DNA of 32,000 nucleotides, from positions 1,470,001 to 1,502,000 of the forward strand of contig NC_020304.1 of the NCBI RefSeq assembly GCF_000341395.1, read 5' to 3'. Under the pieces are notes generated by a model. The model was not told the origin of the DNA. It did no database searches and saw only the letters and a program-made list of their open reading frames with translations. The translations under genes and the position numbers were made by a program. Each line of letters begins with the position of its first letter. Position 1 is the stretch's first letter. Shown here in pieces: positions 1-8,798 of the stretch. The stretch is from Desulfocapsa sulfexigens DSM 10523 (GTDB lineage Bacteria > Desulfobacterota > Desulfobulbia > Desulfobulbales > Desulfocapsaceae).

Positions 1-428
1 ATAACAGCCTTTTGATGGAGTTGCCTGGCAGTCCAGGCCACGGCACGGCCATGGTTACCGTCAGTTGCCGTGGTAAAGGTTATGTCTCCAAGTTGCTTGC
101 GGACCGTGTCGGAACACAGCTCGCGGCAGGAGATATCCGAGATGTCTCTGCCGAGTTTCCTGACCAGATAACGGCTGATTGCATAGGATGCTCCGAGTAC
201 CTTAAAGGCATTGAGACCAAAACGGGAGGATTCGTCTTTAACAAAAAGTTTACCGAGCCTCAGGTAGTCAGCAAGTTGTGGTAGCTGAACCAGACCGCTT
301 GGCTGGTATTCCTCAAAACCCTGGTGATAGGCACGAGCTCTTTCAGCTTCAAAAGAATTGAGGAGGTCGAGGGATACTCCCTGCCCGGGACGTTTACGGT
401 TTTTATTGAAAACGTAGTCTATGGGCAT
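1..428 (-). CDS. ygeX: 2,3-diaminopropionate ammonia-lyase (YgeX/DpaL), 5' part only; gene runs off the left edge
   Basis: Reverse complement from ATG at 428 reads MPIDYVFNKNRKRPGQGVSLDLLNSFEAERARAYHQGFEEYQPSGLVQLPQLADYLRLGKLFVKDESSRFGLNAFKVLGASYAIS...ITFTTATDGNHGRAVAWTARQLHQKAV. PLP fold-II motifs 'KDESSRFGLNAFK' and 'TATDGNHGRAVAW' are typical of diaminopropionate ammonia-lyase. Absent from the supplied ORF track because it is open at the edge. Confidence 0.9.
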   Translation of the reverse strand, partial: MPIDYVFNKNRKRPGQGVSLDLLNSFEAERARAYHQGFEEYQPSGLVQLPQLADYLRLGKLFVKDESSRFGLNAFKVLGASYAISRYLVRKLGRDISDISCRELCSDTVRKQLGDITFTTATDGNHGRAVAWTARQLHQKAV

Positions 429-440
429 TACTTCTCCTTT

Positions 441-818
441 CTATGCGGCAGCGATTGCATCGATCTCAACCTTTGCCCCGAGCGGCAGGGCGGCGACCTG
501 TACGGTGGCGCGGGCCGGATAGTCTCCTGTGAAAAAGCTGGCATACACTTCATTAACTGTGGCAAAGTCACCAAGATCGGTGACGAAGATACCACAACGA
601 ATAATCTTCTCCATTGAGGAACCAGCTTCTTTGAGGATTGCTTTAATGTTTTCCATGCTCTGTCTGGTTTGGGCCTTGACATCGTCGTCCATCTTCTTGG
701 TTTCCGGATGTAATGGTATTTGGCCCGACACATAGATGGTGTCGCCATACTGTACTGCCTGGGAGTAAGGGCCAATTGCAGCTGGGGCATTTTCGGTTGC
801 GATGATTTTTTTGGACAT
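441..818 (-). CDS. ridA: RidA family reactive enamine/imine deaminase
   Basis: 125 aa from MSKKIIATENAPAAIGPYSQAVQYGDTIYVSGQIPL..., classic RidA N-terminus. Start moved inward from the track ORF (938), because an SD-like AAGGAGAC lies just upstream of ATG 818. Confidence 0.93.
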   Translation of the reverse strand: MSKKIIATENAPAAIGPYSQAVQYGDTIYVSGQIPLHPETKKMDDDVKAQTRQSMENIKAILKEAGSSMEKIIRCGIFVTDLGDFATVNEVYASFFTGDYPARATVQVAALPLGAKVEIDAIAAA

Positions 819-1211
819 ACTCAGGTCTCCTTGTGGTGGGTAGGTTACCGGTGTCACTTTGCTGTGTGAATGTGACCGGACAGGATTATATGAAAAACAC
901 TCTATTTTATAATTTTTTAAAATTCCCCTGACAAGCAAAAAATGGTTGGAGTGAAGTTTTCTGGTCGGAGTTCTGGTTTGTTTGAGTTTGTTAACTAAAT
1001 GTAATCTCGAAATTGTAACGGTTTTATGCTTCTGTGTAGGGGAGCGTTGGTCGGGGGGATGTTTTAAAAGAAAGTTGACACAAAACTATACATTTTGTAA
1101 AAATATTGGATGGTGAATAGTTTTGAAAATTATTTGCACGGCTCCTTCGTATCACCCTGATTAGTGTTTGATGTGGAGGAGAACTCACACAAATAGAGAG
1201 TAAAAAAACAC

Positions 1212-2420
1212 ATGACAACACTTGATTTTGATAAAATAAATGAGCTTGCAAAGCGCTATGAACCGGAGATGACACGATTCCTCCGGGATATGGTTGCCAT
1301 TCCCAGTGAGAGCTGTAATGAAGAGAAGGTTGTTCTTCGTATCAAAGAGGAGATGGAAAAGGTTGGTTTTGATAAGGTTGAAATCGATCCCATGGGAAAT
1401 GTTCTTGGCTTTATTGGTTCCGGGCCACGTCTTATCGCTTTCGATGCCCATGTTGATACCGTTGGGGTTGGTGTTGCCGGAAACTGGAAATTTGATCCCT
1501 ATGAAGGCTATGAAGATGATGAGTGCATAGGTGGCAGGGGGACTTCGGACCAGGAGGGGGGCATGGCCTCCATGGTCTATGGTGGGAAAATCATCAAAGA
1601 TCTGGGCCTTGGGGATGATTATACCGTGGTTATGGTGGGTACAGTCCAGGAAGAGGACTGTGATGGTCTCTGCTGGCAGTATCTTATTAAAGAACGTGGT
1701 TTGAAACCGGAGTTTGTGGTCTCCACCGAACCCACCGATGGCGGTATTTATCGTGGCCAGCGTGGTCGTATGGAGATTCGGGTCGATGTGGAGGGGATCT
1801 CCTCTCATGGTTCCGCTCCCGAACGAGGCGACAATGCAATTTTTAAGATGGCAAAGATACTGGGTGAGTTGGAACTACTGCACACCAGGCTGGCAGATGA
1901 TACCTTTCTTGGGAAAGGATCACTCACCGTTTCCCAGATATTCTACACCTCTCCCTCACGTTGTGCCGTGGCCGATGGTTGTGCTGTCTCCATTGACAGG
2001 CGCCTGACCGCTGGAGAAGATGCAGAACTTGCCATGTCTCAGATTGCAGATCTTCCTGCCGCCAAGGCCGCAGGGGCCAGGGTTACCATGTACAAGTACG
2101 ACACTCCTGCCTACACGGGGCTTGTTTACCCCACAGATTGCTATTTTCCTTCGTGGGTAGTGGCGGAAGAGCATCCGGCTGTTCAGGCAACGGCCGCTGC
2201 CTATAGGTCACTCTTTAAGACCGCTCCGCGTATCGATAAATGGACTTTTTCCACCAACGGTGTAGCTATCACCGGTATGCATGATATCCCAACCGTCGGT
2301 TTCGGGCCGGGAAAAGAAGCGGAGGCCCATGCCCCGAATGAAAAGACCTGGAAGGCTGACCTGGTGCGCTGTGCAGCTCTGTATGCTGCACTTCCCGGTG
2401 TCTATGTAGCCCAAACATAG
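1212..2420 (+). CDS. ygeY: YgeY family M20-type peptidase/deacylase (selenium-metabolism/purine cluster hydrolase)
   Basis: 402 aa; metal-binding '[14 protein letters not shown]', '[17 protein letters not shown]' and '[14 protein letters not shown]' motifs of M20 amidohydrolases; genomic context. Confidence 0.9.
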   Translation: MTTLDFDKINELAKRYEPEMTRFLRDMVAIPSESCNEEKVVLRIKEEMEKVGFDKVEIDPMGNVLGFIGSGPRLIAFDAHVDTVGVGVAGNWKFDPYEGYEDDECIGGRGTSDQEGGMASMVYGGKIIKDLGLGDDYTVVMVGTVQEEDCDGLCWQYLIKERGLKPEFVVSTEPTDGGIYRGQRGRMEIRVDVEGISSHGSAPERGDNAIFKMAKILGELELLHTRLADDTFLGKGSLTVSQIFYTSPSRCAVADGCAVSIDRRLTAGEDAELAMSQIADLPAAKAAGARVTMYKYDTPAYTGLVYPTDCYFPSWVVAEEHPAVQATAAAYRSLFKTAPRIDKWTFSTNGVAITGMHDIPTVGFGPGKEAEAHAPNEKTWKADLVRCAALYAALPGVYVAQT

Positions 2421-2433
2421 GCTTGGCTGGATC

Positions 2434-3384
2434 GTGAGGAAAAAACTGGCAGTCATTGCCATTGGCGGCAATTCCCTGATCAAACACCGGAGTAAACAGA
2501 CGGTTGAAGATCAGTATCATGCCATCTGTGAGACCATGACCCATCTGGTGGATCTTGTTGAAATGGGCTACCAGTTGCTGATTACTCATGGCAATGGTCC
2601 TCAGGTTGGTTTTATCATGCTTCGTTCGGAGATTGCGCGGGAGCAGGTTGGTCTCCATATTGTCCCCTTAAGTTCCTGCGTGGCCGATACTCAGGGGGCC
2701 ATCGGGCTCCAGATTCAACAGGCCTTGACCGATGAACTTTGGAAGCGTGGCTTGGCAGCAAAGGCCGTGACCCTTGTTACCCAGGTTGAGGTGAGTCCGC
2801 TGGATCCGGGATTTGTGCTGCCGGATAAACCCATCGGTGAATTTTATTCCGAAGAGCAACTTACGAAGCTTCGGGAACAGCATCCCGAATGGATACTGAA
2901 GCAGGATGCAAACCGTGGTTATCGCAGGGTGGTTGCATCTCCAATACCCTTGAAAATAGTGGAAGAAGAGGCCGTTATTGCCTTGCTTGAAAATGACTTT
3001 CATGTGATCGCCGCAGGAGGTGGCGGAGTTCCAGTGGTTCGCAGCGATATTGGTCTTACCAGTGTTGACGCCGTTATCGATAAGGATAAGACCGCTGCTC
3101 TTCTGGCCGGCAACCTCCATGCCCCGCTGCTGGTTATATCCACCGCAGTTGAGCAGGTGATGCTGAATTTTGGTACTGCAGCAGAACAGAGTCTGGGGGA
3201 AGTTCAGATGGTGGAGATGGAGAAATATCTTCACGCCGGCCATTTCGCTCCCGGATCCATGGCCCCGAAGATAGAGGCCGCCATAGCGTTTATTAAAAAT
3301 GGCGGCGAAAGAGTGATTATTACCAGTCCGGAAAATATCGGCGAAGCCATTCGCCATGGTAAGGGAACGCAAATCGTTCCCTGA
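2434..3384 (+). CDS. yqeA: Carbamate kinase
   Basis: 316 aa, GTG start 13 nt after ygeY stop; 'VIAIGGNSLI', 'LLITHGNGPQVG', 'VIAAGGGGVPVV', 'VDAVIDKDKTAALLA' are carbamate-kinase motifs. Confidence 0.93.
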   Translation: MRKKLAVIAIGGNSLIKHRSKQTVEDQYHAICETMTHLVDLVEMGYQLLITHGNGPQVGFIMLRSEIAREQVGLHIVPLSSCVADTQGAIGLQIQQALTDELWKRGLAAKAVTLVTQVEVSPLDPGFVLPDKPIGEFYSEEQLTKLREQHPEWILKQDANRGYRRVVASPIPLKIVEEEAVIALLENDFHVIAAGGGGVPVVRSDIGLTSVDAVIDKDKTAALLAGNLHAPLLVISTAVEQVMLNFGTAAEQSLGEVQMVEMEKYLHAGHFAPGSMAPKIEAAIAFIKNGGERVIITSPENIGEAIRHGKGTQIVP

Positions 3385-3406
3385 TTCTTATCAGGAGATA
3401 CAACAA

Positions 3407-4603
3407 ATGGACAGAATTGGGATTGAAGAATTAATCAGGGAACTTGCCACCCTGGACTATCAGAAAATGTATAATAATGATTTTCTCCTGACCTGGGAAA
3501 AATCCATCGATGAGATCAGTGCCACCTTCACCGTGGCGGAAATTCTTCGCGGTATGCGGGAACAGAATATCTCAAGCCGTATCTTTGATTCAGGGCTGGG
3601 TGTTTCACTGTTTCGTGACAACTCAACCCGTACCCGTTTCAGTTTTACCAGTGCCTGCAACCTGCTCGGCCTGGAAGTGCAGGATCTTGATGAGGGAAAA
3701 TCACAGATTGCCCATGGTGAAACCGTCCGTGAAACGGCCAATATGGTCTCCTTTATGGCGGATGTTATTGGGATCCGGGATGATATGTATATTGGCAAGG
3801 GAAACGCCTATATGCGGAATGTGGCCCGTTCAGTGCAGTCCGGTCACGACGAGGGGGTACTTGAACAGCGCCCCACTCTGGTGAATCTCCAGTGTGATAT
3901 CGATCATCCCACCCAGTCCATGTCTGATATGCTTCATATCATCAAGCATTTTGGCGGTATTGAAAATCTGGCCGGGAAGAGGATTGCCATGACCTGGGCT
4001 TACTCGCCATCCTATGGAAAACCTCTCTCCGTACCCCAGGGGGTGATCGGCCTGATGACCCGTTTTGGAATGGATGTGGCGCTCGCTCACCCAGAAGGTT
4101 ACGAAGTGATGCCCGAGGTTGAAGAAGTGGCTGCAAGACAGGCTGCTGAATCCGGCGGACGGTTCACCAAATCGAACTCCATGGCCGAGGCCTTTCAGGA
4201 TGCCGACATTGTCTATCCCAAGAGCTGGGCACCCTTTGCCGCCATGGAAAAACGTACCGATCTCTATGGTGAAAATGATATGGATGGTATCAAGGCCCTG
4301 GAACGGGAACTGCTGAGTCAAAATAAAAAGCATATGAACTGGACCTGCACCGAAGAGCTTATGGCCACCACCCATAATGGTTCTGCCCTCTATATGCACT
4401 GTCTGCCGGCCGATATCAGCGGGGTCTCCTGTGAACACGGTGAGGTTGAGGCGTCGGTTTTTGATCGGTACCGCGTGGCCCAGTATAAAGAGGCCAGTTA
4501 CAAGCCCTACATCATTGCAGCTATGATATTTTTATCCAAGCAGAAAAATTCTGCCGACATACTGCAGAGCTTGATGGATCGTGCAACTCCTCGGATGTTT
4601 TAG
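3407..4603 (+). CDS. ygeW: YgeW-type (knotted) carbamoyltransferase
   Basis: 398 aa from ATG 3407 preceded by AGGAG; 'SLFRDNSTRTRFSF', 'DIDHPTQSMSDMLHI' carbamoyltransferase motifs in YgeW-like context. The track start at 3356 overlaps yqeA and is likely too long. Confidence 0.92.
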   Translation: MDRIGIEELIRELATLDYQKMYNNDFLLTWEKSIDEISATFTVAEILRGMREQNISSRIFDSGLGVSLFRDNSTRTRFSFTSACNLLGLEVQDLDEGKSQIAHGETVRETANMVSFMADVIGIRDDMYIGKGNAYMRNVARSVQSGHDEGVLEQRPTLVNLQCDIDHPTQSMSDMLHIIKHFGGIENLAGKRIAMTWAYSPSYGKPLSVPQGVIGLMTRFGMDVALAHPEGYEVMPEVEEVAARQAAESGGRFTKSNSMAEAFQDADIVYPKSWAPFAAMEKRTDLYGENDMDGIKALERELLSQNKKHMNWTCTEELMATTHNGSALYMHCLPADISGVSCEHGEVEASVFDRYRVAQYKEASYKPYIIAAMIFLSKQKNSADILQSLMDRATPRMF

Positions 4604-4618
4604 GCTGAAGGCACAGAA

Positions 4619-4656
4619 AGGCTGAAGGCTGCAGCAATGGTTCTTTCCTTCAGCCT
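4619..4656 (+). other. Stem-loop downstream of ygeW (10-bp arms AGGCTGAAGG/CCTTCAGCCT, 18-nt loop); an extra direct copy of AGGCTGAAGG lies at 4602-4611
   Basis: Read directly; no U-tract, so terminator function is uncertain. Confidence 0.6.
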
Positions 4657-4734
4657 GAGCCCCTTCAGTCTCTACACCTGTTTCACAGAGCTAGCCCGAA
4701 TTTCTCATCAGTTCAGACGGCGTCAGGTTCAAAG

Positions 4735-4777
4735 TTTTTTGTAGAAAACTATAGTAACCTATGTTTACTACAAAAAT
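4735..4777. promoter_or_regulatory. Imperfect palindrome in the intergenic region before the xdhD-like gene
   Basis: TTTTTTGTAGAAAACTATAG-TAAC-CTATGTTTACTACAAAAAT: arms match apart from the end base, one internal mismatch and one 1-nt bulge. Candidate operator or AT-rich hairpin. Confidence 0.45.
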
Positions 4778-4944
4778 ACTGCAGAAGATGACGTCGTCTG
4801 GACTGACCTCTGGTGAACATCGTGTAAATTTAGCAACAGTACTTATGCTTGCTTAACTGTTTGTATTGCAATGTCTTTATCTAAAGAAGCACGATGTTCA
4901 TGAGAAATCCGGGCTAGGGTACAAAAAGTACAGAGAGGGAAGTT

Positions 4945-7500
4945 ATGATTGAACTGACACTCAATGGTGAAGCGGTACAATACACAGGTGATGAAGATGT
5001 GTCGCTTCTCTCCTGGTTGCGTAGCGATCTGAATCTGACTGCTGCCAAGGATGGCTGTTCGGGGCAGGCCGCCTGTGGGGCCTGTCTGGTGGAAGTGGAT
5101 GAAAAGGCAGTTCTTGCCTGCGCCACTCCCATGAAGAACGTTGCCGGGAAAAATGTTGTCACCCTCGAAGGACTTCCAGAATCTCTGCTGCAGACTCTTG
5201 GCAGGGCCTTTGTGGCCAAGGGTGCAGTACAGTGTGGCTTTTGTACTCCCGGATTTCTAACCAGAACCAAAATACTGCTGCAGAAAAACAGTAATCCCAG
5301 CAGGGCAGAGGTTGAAAAGGAACTGCGTTTTAATCTCTGTCGCTGTACCGGCTATGTGAAAATTGTTGATGCGGTTCTTGCCGCAGCAACTGCCATGGCG
5401 GAGCAAAAGGATACTCCTTTTGAAGAGAGGCCGGGCATCGGTGTATCGAGTCCTAAATTCAAGGCGGTTGAGCGGGCAATCGGCCGCAAGCCCTTTGTCG
5501 ATGATTTGCGTTTTGAGGGGATGCTCCACGGTGCTCTGAAATTTTCGGAACATCCGCGGGCGAGAATCCTTTCCATCGATATCAGCGAGGCGGAGAAACA
5601 GGAGGGGGTGAGGAGGGTTCTGCTGGCTGCCGATATCCCAGGACAACGGAACTCCGGACTTATCGTAGAAGACTGGCCCCTTATGCTGGAGGTCGGCGAG
5701 GTTACACGGTATATTGGTGATGTGCTGGCTTCCGTCGTTGCCGATACCGAGGTTCAGGCACGGGCCGCAGTGCAAAAGATCAGGGTTGAGTATGAAGTTC
5801 TGGAAGCGCTGACCGATATGCATCAGGCTCTTACAAGCCCGATTAAAGTGCATGAAAGCGGTAACCTTCTTGGTGAAAAGATTATCAGGCGGGGGGACAG
5901 CGCAGGGCTGCTGCAGCGTTCGGCCCATGTCGCCAGAGGAACCTTTACAACTCAGACCGTTGATCACGGTTTCCTGGAAGTGGAATGCTGTGTCGTTATT
6001 CCTCAGGACGATGGGATCAAGGTTTTTTCCCAGAGTCAGGGGCCCTATCGGGAACGTGATGAGATTGCTCATCAGCTGGCTCTCCCGGAAAGTCAGGTTG
6101 AGGTGGAAGTTGTCGACTGCGGCGGTGCTTTTGGCGGTAAGGAGGATATGACCGTACAGGGCCACGCCGCCCTTGCCTGCCATCTGCTGCGCAGGCCGGT
6201 GAAGTATAAGCTCACCAGACCCGAATCCATCCGGATGCATCCCAAGCGACATCCAACCAGTATGGAGTATGAAATTGGCTGTGATGATAAGGGGATGCTC
6301 ACTGGACTCTATGCCAGAATACTTGGTGATACTGGAGCCTACGCTTCCGTTGGTGGTCCGGTGATGGACAGGGCAGGTACCCATGCCAGTGGCGGATACC
6401 ATTTTGAAGCCGTTGATATTGAGGCGCGGTCGGTCTATACCAATAATATTCCCTGTGGTGCCATGCGGGGATTCGGAGTCAACCAGGCCACCTTTGCCCT
6501 GGAAAGCCTAATCGATGAACTTTGCCTGAAAGGCGGATTTGACCGTTGGCAATTCCGTTATGATAACGCCCTCGATATCGGTCGTATGCTGGCTCCCGGC
6601 CAGGTGCTTACCGCAAGTGTGGGGCTCAGGGAAACATTGCTCAGTGTGAAAGATGCCTATGACAGGGCCGAATACAAAGGACTTGCCTGCGCTGTGAAGA
6701 ATTGCGGAGTGGGAAATGGTATCCCTGAGCTGAGCAGGGTTTTTATTGAAATCCATGAAGGGGGCAAAATTATTCTCCACCATGGCTGGACGGAGATGGG
6801 ACAGGGGGTGCACACGATTGCCCGTCAGGCCCTGTGTGAAGCAACCGGAATCACCGATATTGATTTGGTAACACCCTATGTCTCCACAGCTTCCGGGGCC
6901 ATCGGCGGCCCCACCACCGCCAGTCGCGGCACTCTGCTCCTTGGTCGTGCCATTATCGATGCGGCGAAGGGATTGAAAGAAGATTTAAAAACTCAATCCC
7001 TGAAGCAACTGGCTGGAAAAACCTATAGCGGAGAGTTTCTCTGCGATTACACCCAGGCCGATGGAAAACCCGGTGAAATTATCTCACATATTTCCTACGG
7101 TTACGCCACCAATCTTGCCATTCTGGACGGGGATGGCAATCTTGAAAAGATTATTGCTTCCCACGACGCCGGACGAATCCTGAATCCTAAACTGTTTCAG
7201 GGACAGATTGAAGGAGGGGTGGCCATGGGGGTTGGGTATGCCCTCAGTGAGACCGTGCCACTTCAAGATGGCAGGCTGACCTCGGAAAAATACCGGGCAC
7301 TGGGTATCCCCAAAATCAATAATCTGCCTGAAATTGAGGTGATTGGAGTGGAATCCAATGATCCGGAAGGGCCATTTGGAGCAAAGGGGGTTGGGGAAAT
7401 CGGCTGCATTGCCACCGCACCCGCCATTGCCAACGCGTTTTGCGATTATGATGGAAAGCGCAGATACTCTCTGCCTCTTGAACCCATCAAAAAGAAATAG
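4945..7500 (+). CDS. xdhD: Molybdenum hydroxylase, fused 2Fe-2S and molybdopterin-binding domains (XdhD/Mop-like, putative purine hydroxylase)
   Basis: 851 aa; N-terminal plant-type 2Fe-2S ('CSGQAACGACLVEV', 'CGFCTPGF', 'CRCTGYVKI') followed by Mo-binding domains ('GGAFGGKED', 'GAMRGFGVNQ', 'GQGVHTIARQ', 'GAKGVGEIGCIATAPAIANAFCD'). Confidence 0.88.
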   Translation: MIELTLNGEAVQYTGDEDVSLLSWLRSDLNLTAAKDGCSGQAACGACLVEVDEKAVLACATPMKNVAGKNVVTLEGLPESLLQTLGRAFVAKGAVQCGFCTPGFLTRTKILLQKNSNPSRAEVEKELRFNLCRCTGYVKIVDAVLAAATAMAEQKDTPFEERPGIGVSSPKFKAVERAIGRKPFVDDLRFEGMLHGALKFSEHPRARILSIDISEAEKQEGVRRVLLAADIPGQRNSGLIVEDWPLMLEVGEVTRYIGDVLASVVADTEVQARAAVQKIRVEYEVLEALTDMHQALTSPIKVHESGNLLGEKIIRRGDSAGLLQRSAHVARGTFTTQTVDHGFLEVECCVVIPQDDGIKVFSQSQGPYRERDEIAHQLALPESQVEVEVVDCGGAFGGKEDMTVQGHAALACHLLRRPVKYKLTRPESIRMHPKRHPTSMEYEIGCDDKGMLTGLYARILGDTGAYASVGGPVMDRAGTHASGGYHFEAVDIEARSVYTNNIPCGAMRGFGVNQATFALESLIDELCLKGGFDRWQFRYDNALDIGRMLAPGQVLTASVGLRETLLSVKDAYDRAEYKGLACAVKNCGVGNGIPELSRVFIEIHEGGKIILHHGWTEMGQGVHTIARQALCEATGITDIDLVTPYVSTASGAIGGPTTASRGTLLLGRAIIDAAKGLKEDLKTQSLKQLAGKTYSGEFLCDYTQADGKPGEIISHISYGYATNLAILDGDGNLEKIIASHDAGRILNPKLFQGQIEGGVAMGVGYALSETVPLQDGRLTSEKYRALGIPKINNLPEIEVIGVESNDPEGPFGAKGVGEIGCIATAPAIANAFCDYDGKRRYSLPLEPIKKK

Positions 7501-7514
7501 ACGGGAGTAATTCT

Positions 7515-8795
7515 ATGACTCTGTATCTCAAGAATACTCGATATATCGATGCCGGAACACTTACTGTTACTTCTACTCATCTTGCGGTGGCCTCTGGTGC
7601 AAGTGGTGGGGTGAGTCTTGTCGATACCATCCCTCCAACCGGAGAACGTGAGGATGGCGACCGGGTGCTTGACTGCAAAGGCCGCTTTGTTACCCGTTCC
7701 TTTGGCTGTGGCCACCATCATATCTATTCTACACTGTGCCGCGGTATGCCAGCACCACCAAGGATTCCGACAAACTTTTCAGAGGTTCTGCAGTATGTGT
7801 GGTGGCGGGTGGATAAACGACTCGACAGGGATATGGTCGAGGCCAGTGCTCTGGGTGCTGCTTTGCAGATGGCCCGTCGTGGAGTGACCTTCTGCATCGA
7901 TCATCACGCCTCTCCCATGCATGTGAGCGGCAGTCTGGAGACCGTTGCCAGGGCCTTTGAACGATGCGGCATAGGGCACCTTATGTGCCACGAATCCTCC
8001 GATAGAAATGGTGTCGAGTCTGCTGAAAAAAGCTTGGCCGAACATGAATCCTATCTTGCCTCCGGTCGTCCGGGCCTTGTCGGTCTCCACGCCTCCTTTA
8101 CCGTGGGCGACGCTCTCTTTGAAAAATCCGTAAACCTTGCCCGTAGGTATGATACCGGCCTTCATATCCATGTCGCCGAAGATGTTGCCGATGAAATACA
8201 CTGTGAACAGACCTATGGCAAACGGGTTGGAGAACGGCTTCGTGATCTGGGAGGGCTTGAAAGTTCCAAAACCATCCTTGGCCACTGCGTCCACTGCAAT
8301 GATGAAGAACGAAAAATAATTGCGGATTCCCCGGTCTGGGTTGTCTCCAATGTGGAATCGAACCAGAATAACAACGTGGGTCTCACCGATTACGATTGGC
8401 TGAGCAATGTCATGTTGGGGACAGACGGCATGCATAATGATATGCTCCGTTCCGCCAAGGCCCATCATCTGGCCTGTTCCACCACCGGCGGTATTGGCTA
8501 CGACGAAGTGTATCGCAGATTTCGTAATGTTCACAACTATCTTGGTCAGTTTGAAGGGATTGGTGATGGTCAGAATAATCTTGTTGTTCTGGACTATGAT
8601 ACCCCAACCGATGTCAGCGACGATAATTTTTATGGTCATTTTCTCTTTGGCCTGGAAGCACTTCATGTCAATACGGTTATTGCCCAGGGGCGGGTGATTG
8701 TCGAAGATCGAAAGTCAACACTGGTGGATGAGGAGGAAATACTTTCCTATGCGCGTGAGCAGGGGCAACGGCTCTGGAAACAGTTGAGTGAGTAG
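7515..8795 (+). CDS. ssnA: SsnA-type amidohydrolase (putative aminohydrolase)
   Basis: 426 aa; 'GHHHIYSTLCRGM', 'VWWRVDKRLD', 'CIDHHASPMHVSGSLETVARAF', 'GLHIHVAEDVADE', 'LGHCVHCNDEE', 'VMLGTDGMHNDM'. Confidence 0.9.
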   Translation: MTLYLKNTRYIDAGTLTVTSTHLAVASGASGGVSLVDTIPPTGEREDGDRVLDCKGRFVTRSFGCGHHHIYSTLCRGMPAPPRIPTNFSEVLQYVWWRVDKRLDRDMVEASALGAALQMARRGVTFCIDHHASPMHVSGSLETVARAFERCGIGHLMCHESSDRNGVESAEKSLAEHESYLASGRPGLVGLHASFTVGDALFEKSVNLARRYDTGLHIHVAEDVADEIHCEQTYGKRVGERLRDLGGLESSKTILGHCVHCNDEERKIIADSPVWVVSNVESNQNNNVGLTDYDWLSNVMLGTDGMHNDMLRSAKAHHLACSTTGGIGYDEVYRRFRNVHNYLGQFEGIGDGQNNLVVLDYDTPTDVSDDNFYGHFLFGLEALHVNTVIAQGRVIVEDRKSTLVDEEEILSYAREQGQRLWKQLSE

Positions 8796-8798
8796 AGT

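Noticed and set aside
12-617. Two + strand ORFs (12..284 and 324..617) in the track
   Set aside because: The minus strand encodes a convincing DpaL 5' fragment and the 3' part of ridA; the + frames have no meaningful similarity.
1100-1211. Sigma-54 promoter (GG-N10-GC) upstream of ygeY
   Set aside because: Looked for because the E. coli counterpart is, as I recall, sigma-54 associated; no convincing TGGCAC-N5-TTGC match was found by eye here or before the xdhD-like or bmp genes.
4619-4656. Hairpin after ygeW as an intrinsic terminator
   Set aside because: No following T-tract; kept only as a stem-loop of unknown role.
5257-6402. 381-aa minus-strand ORF antisense to the xdhD-like gene
   Set aside because: Entirely inside a confidently assigned CDS on the other strand; translation shows no recognisable domain and looks like a codon-bias shadow ORF.
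7779-8666. 295-aa minus-strand ORF antisense to ssnA
   Set aside because: Overlaps a clear amidohydrolase gene; no family motifs.
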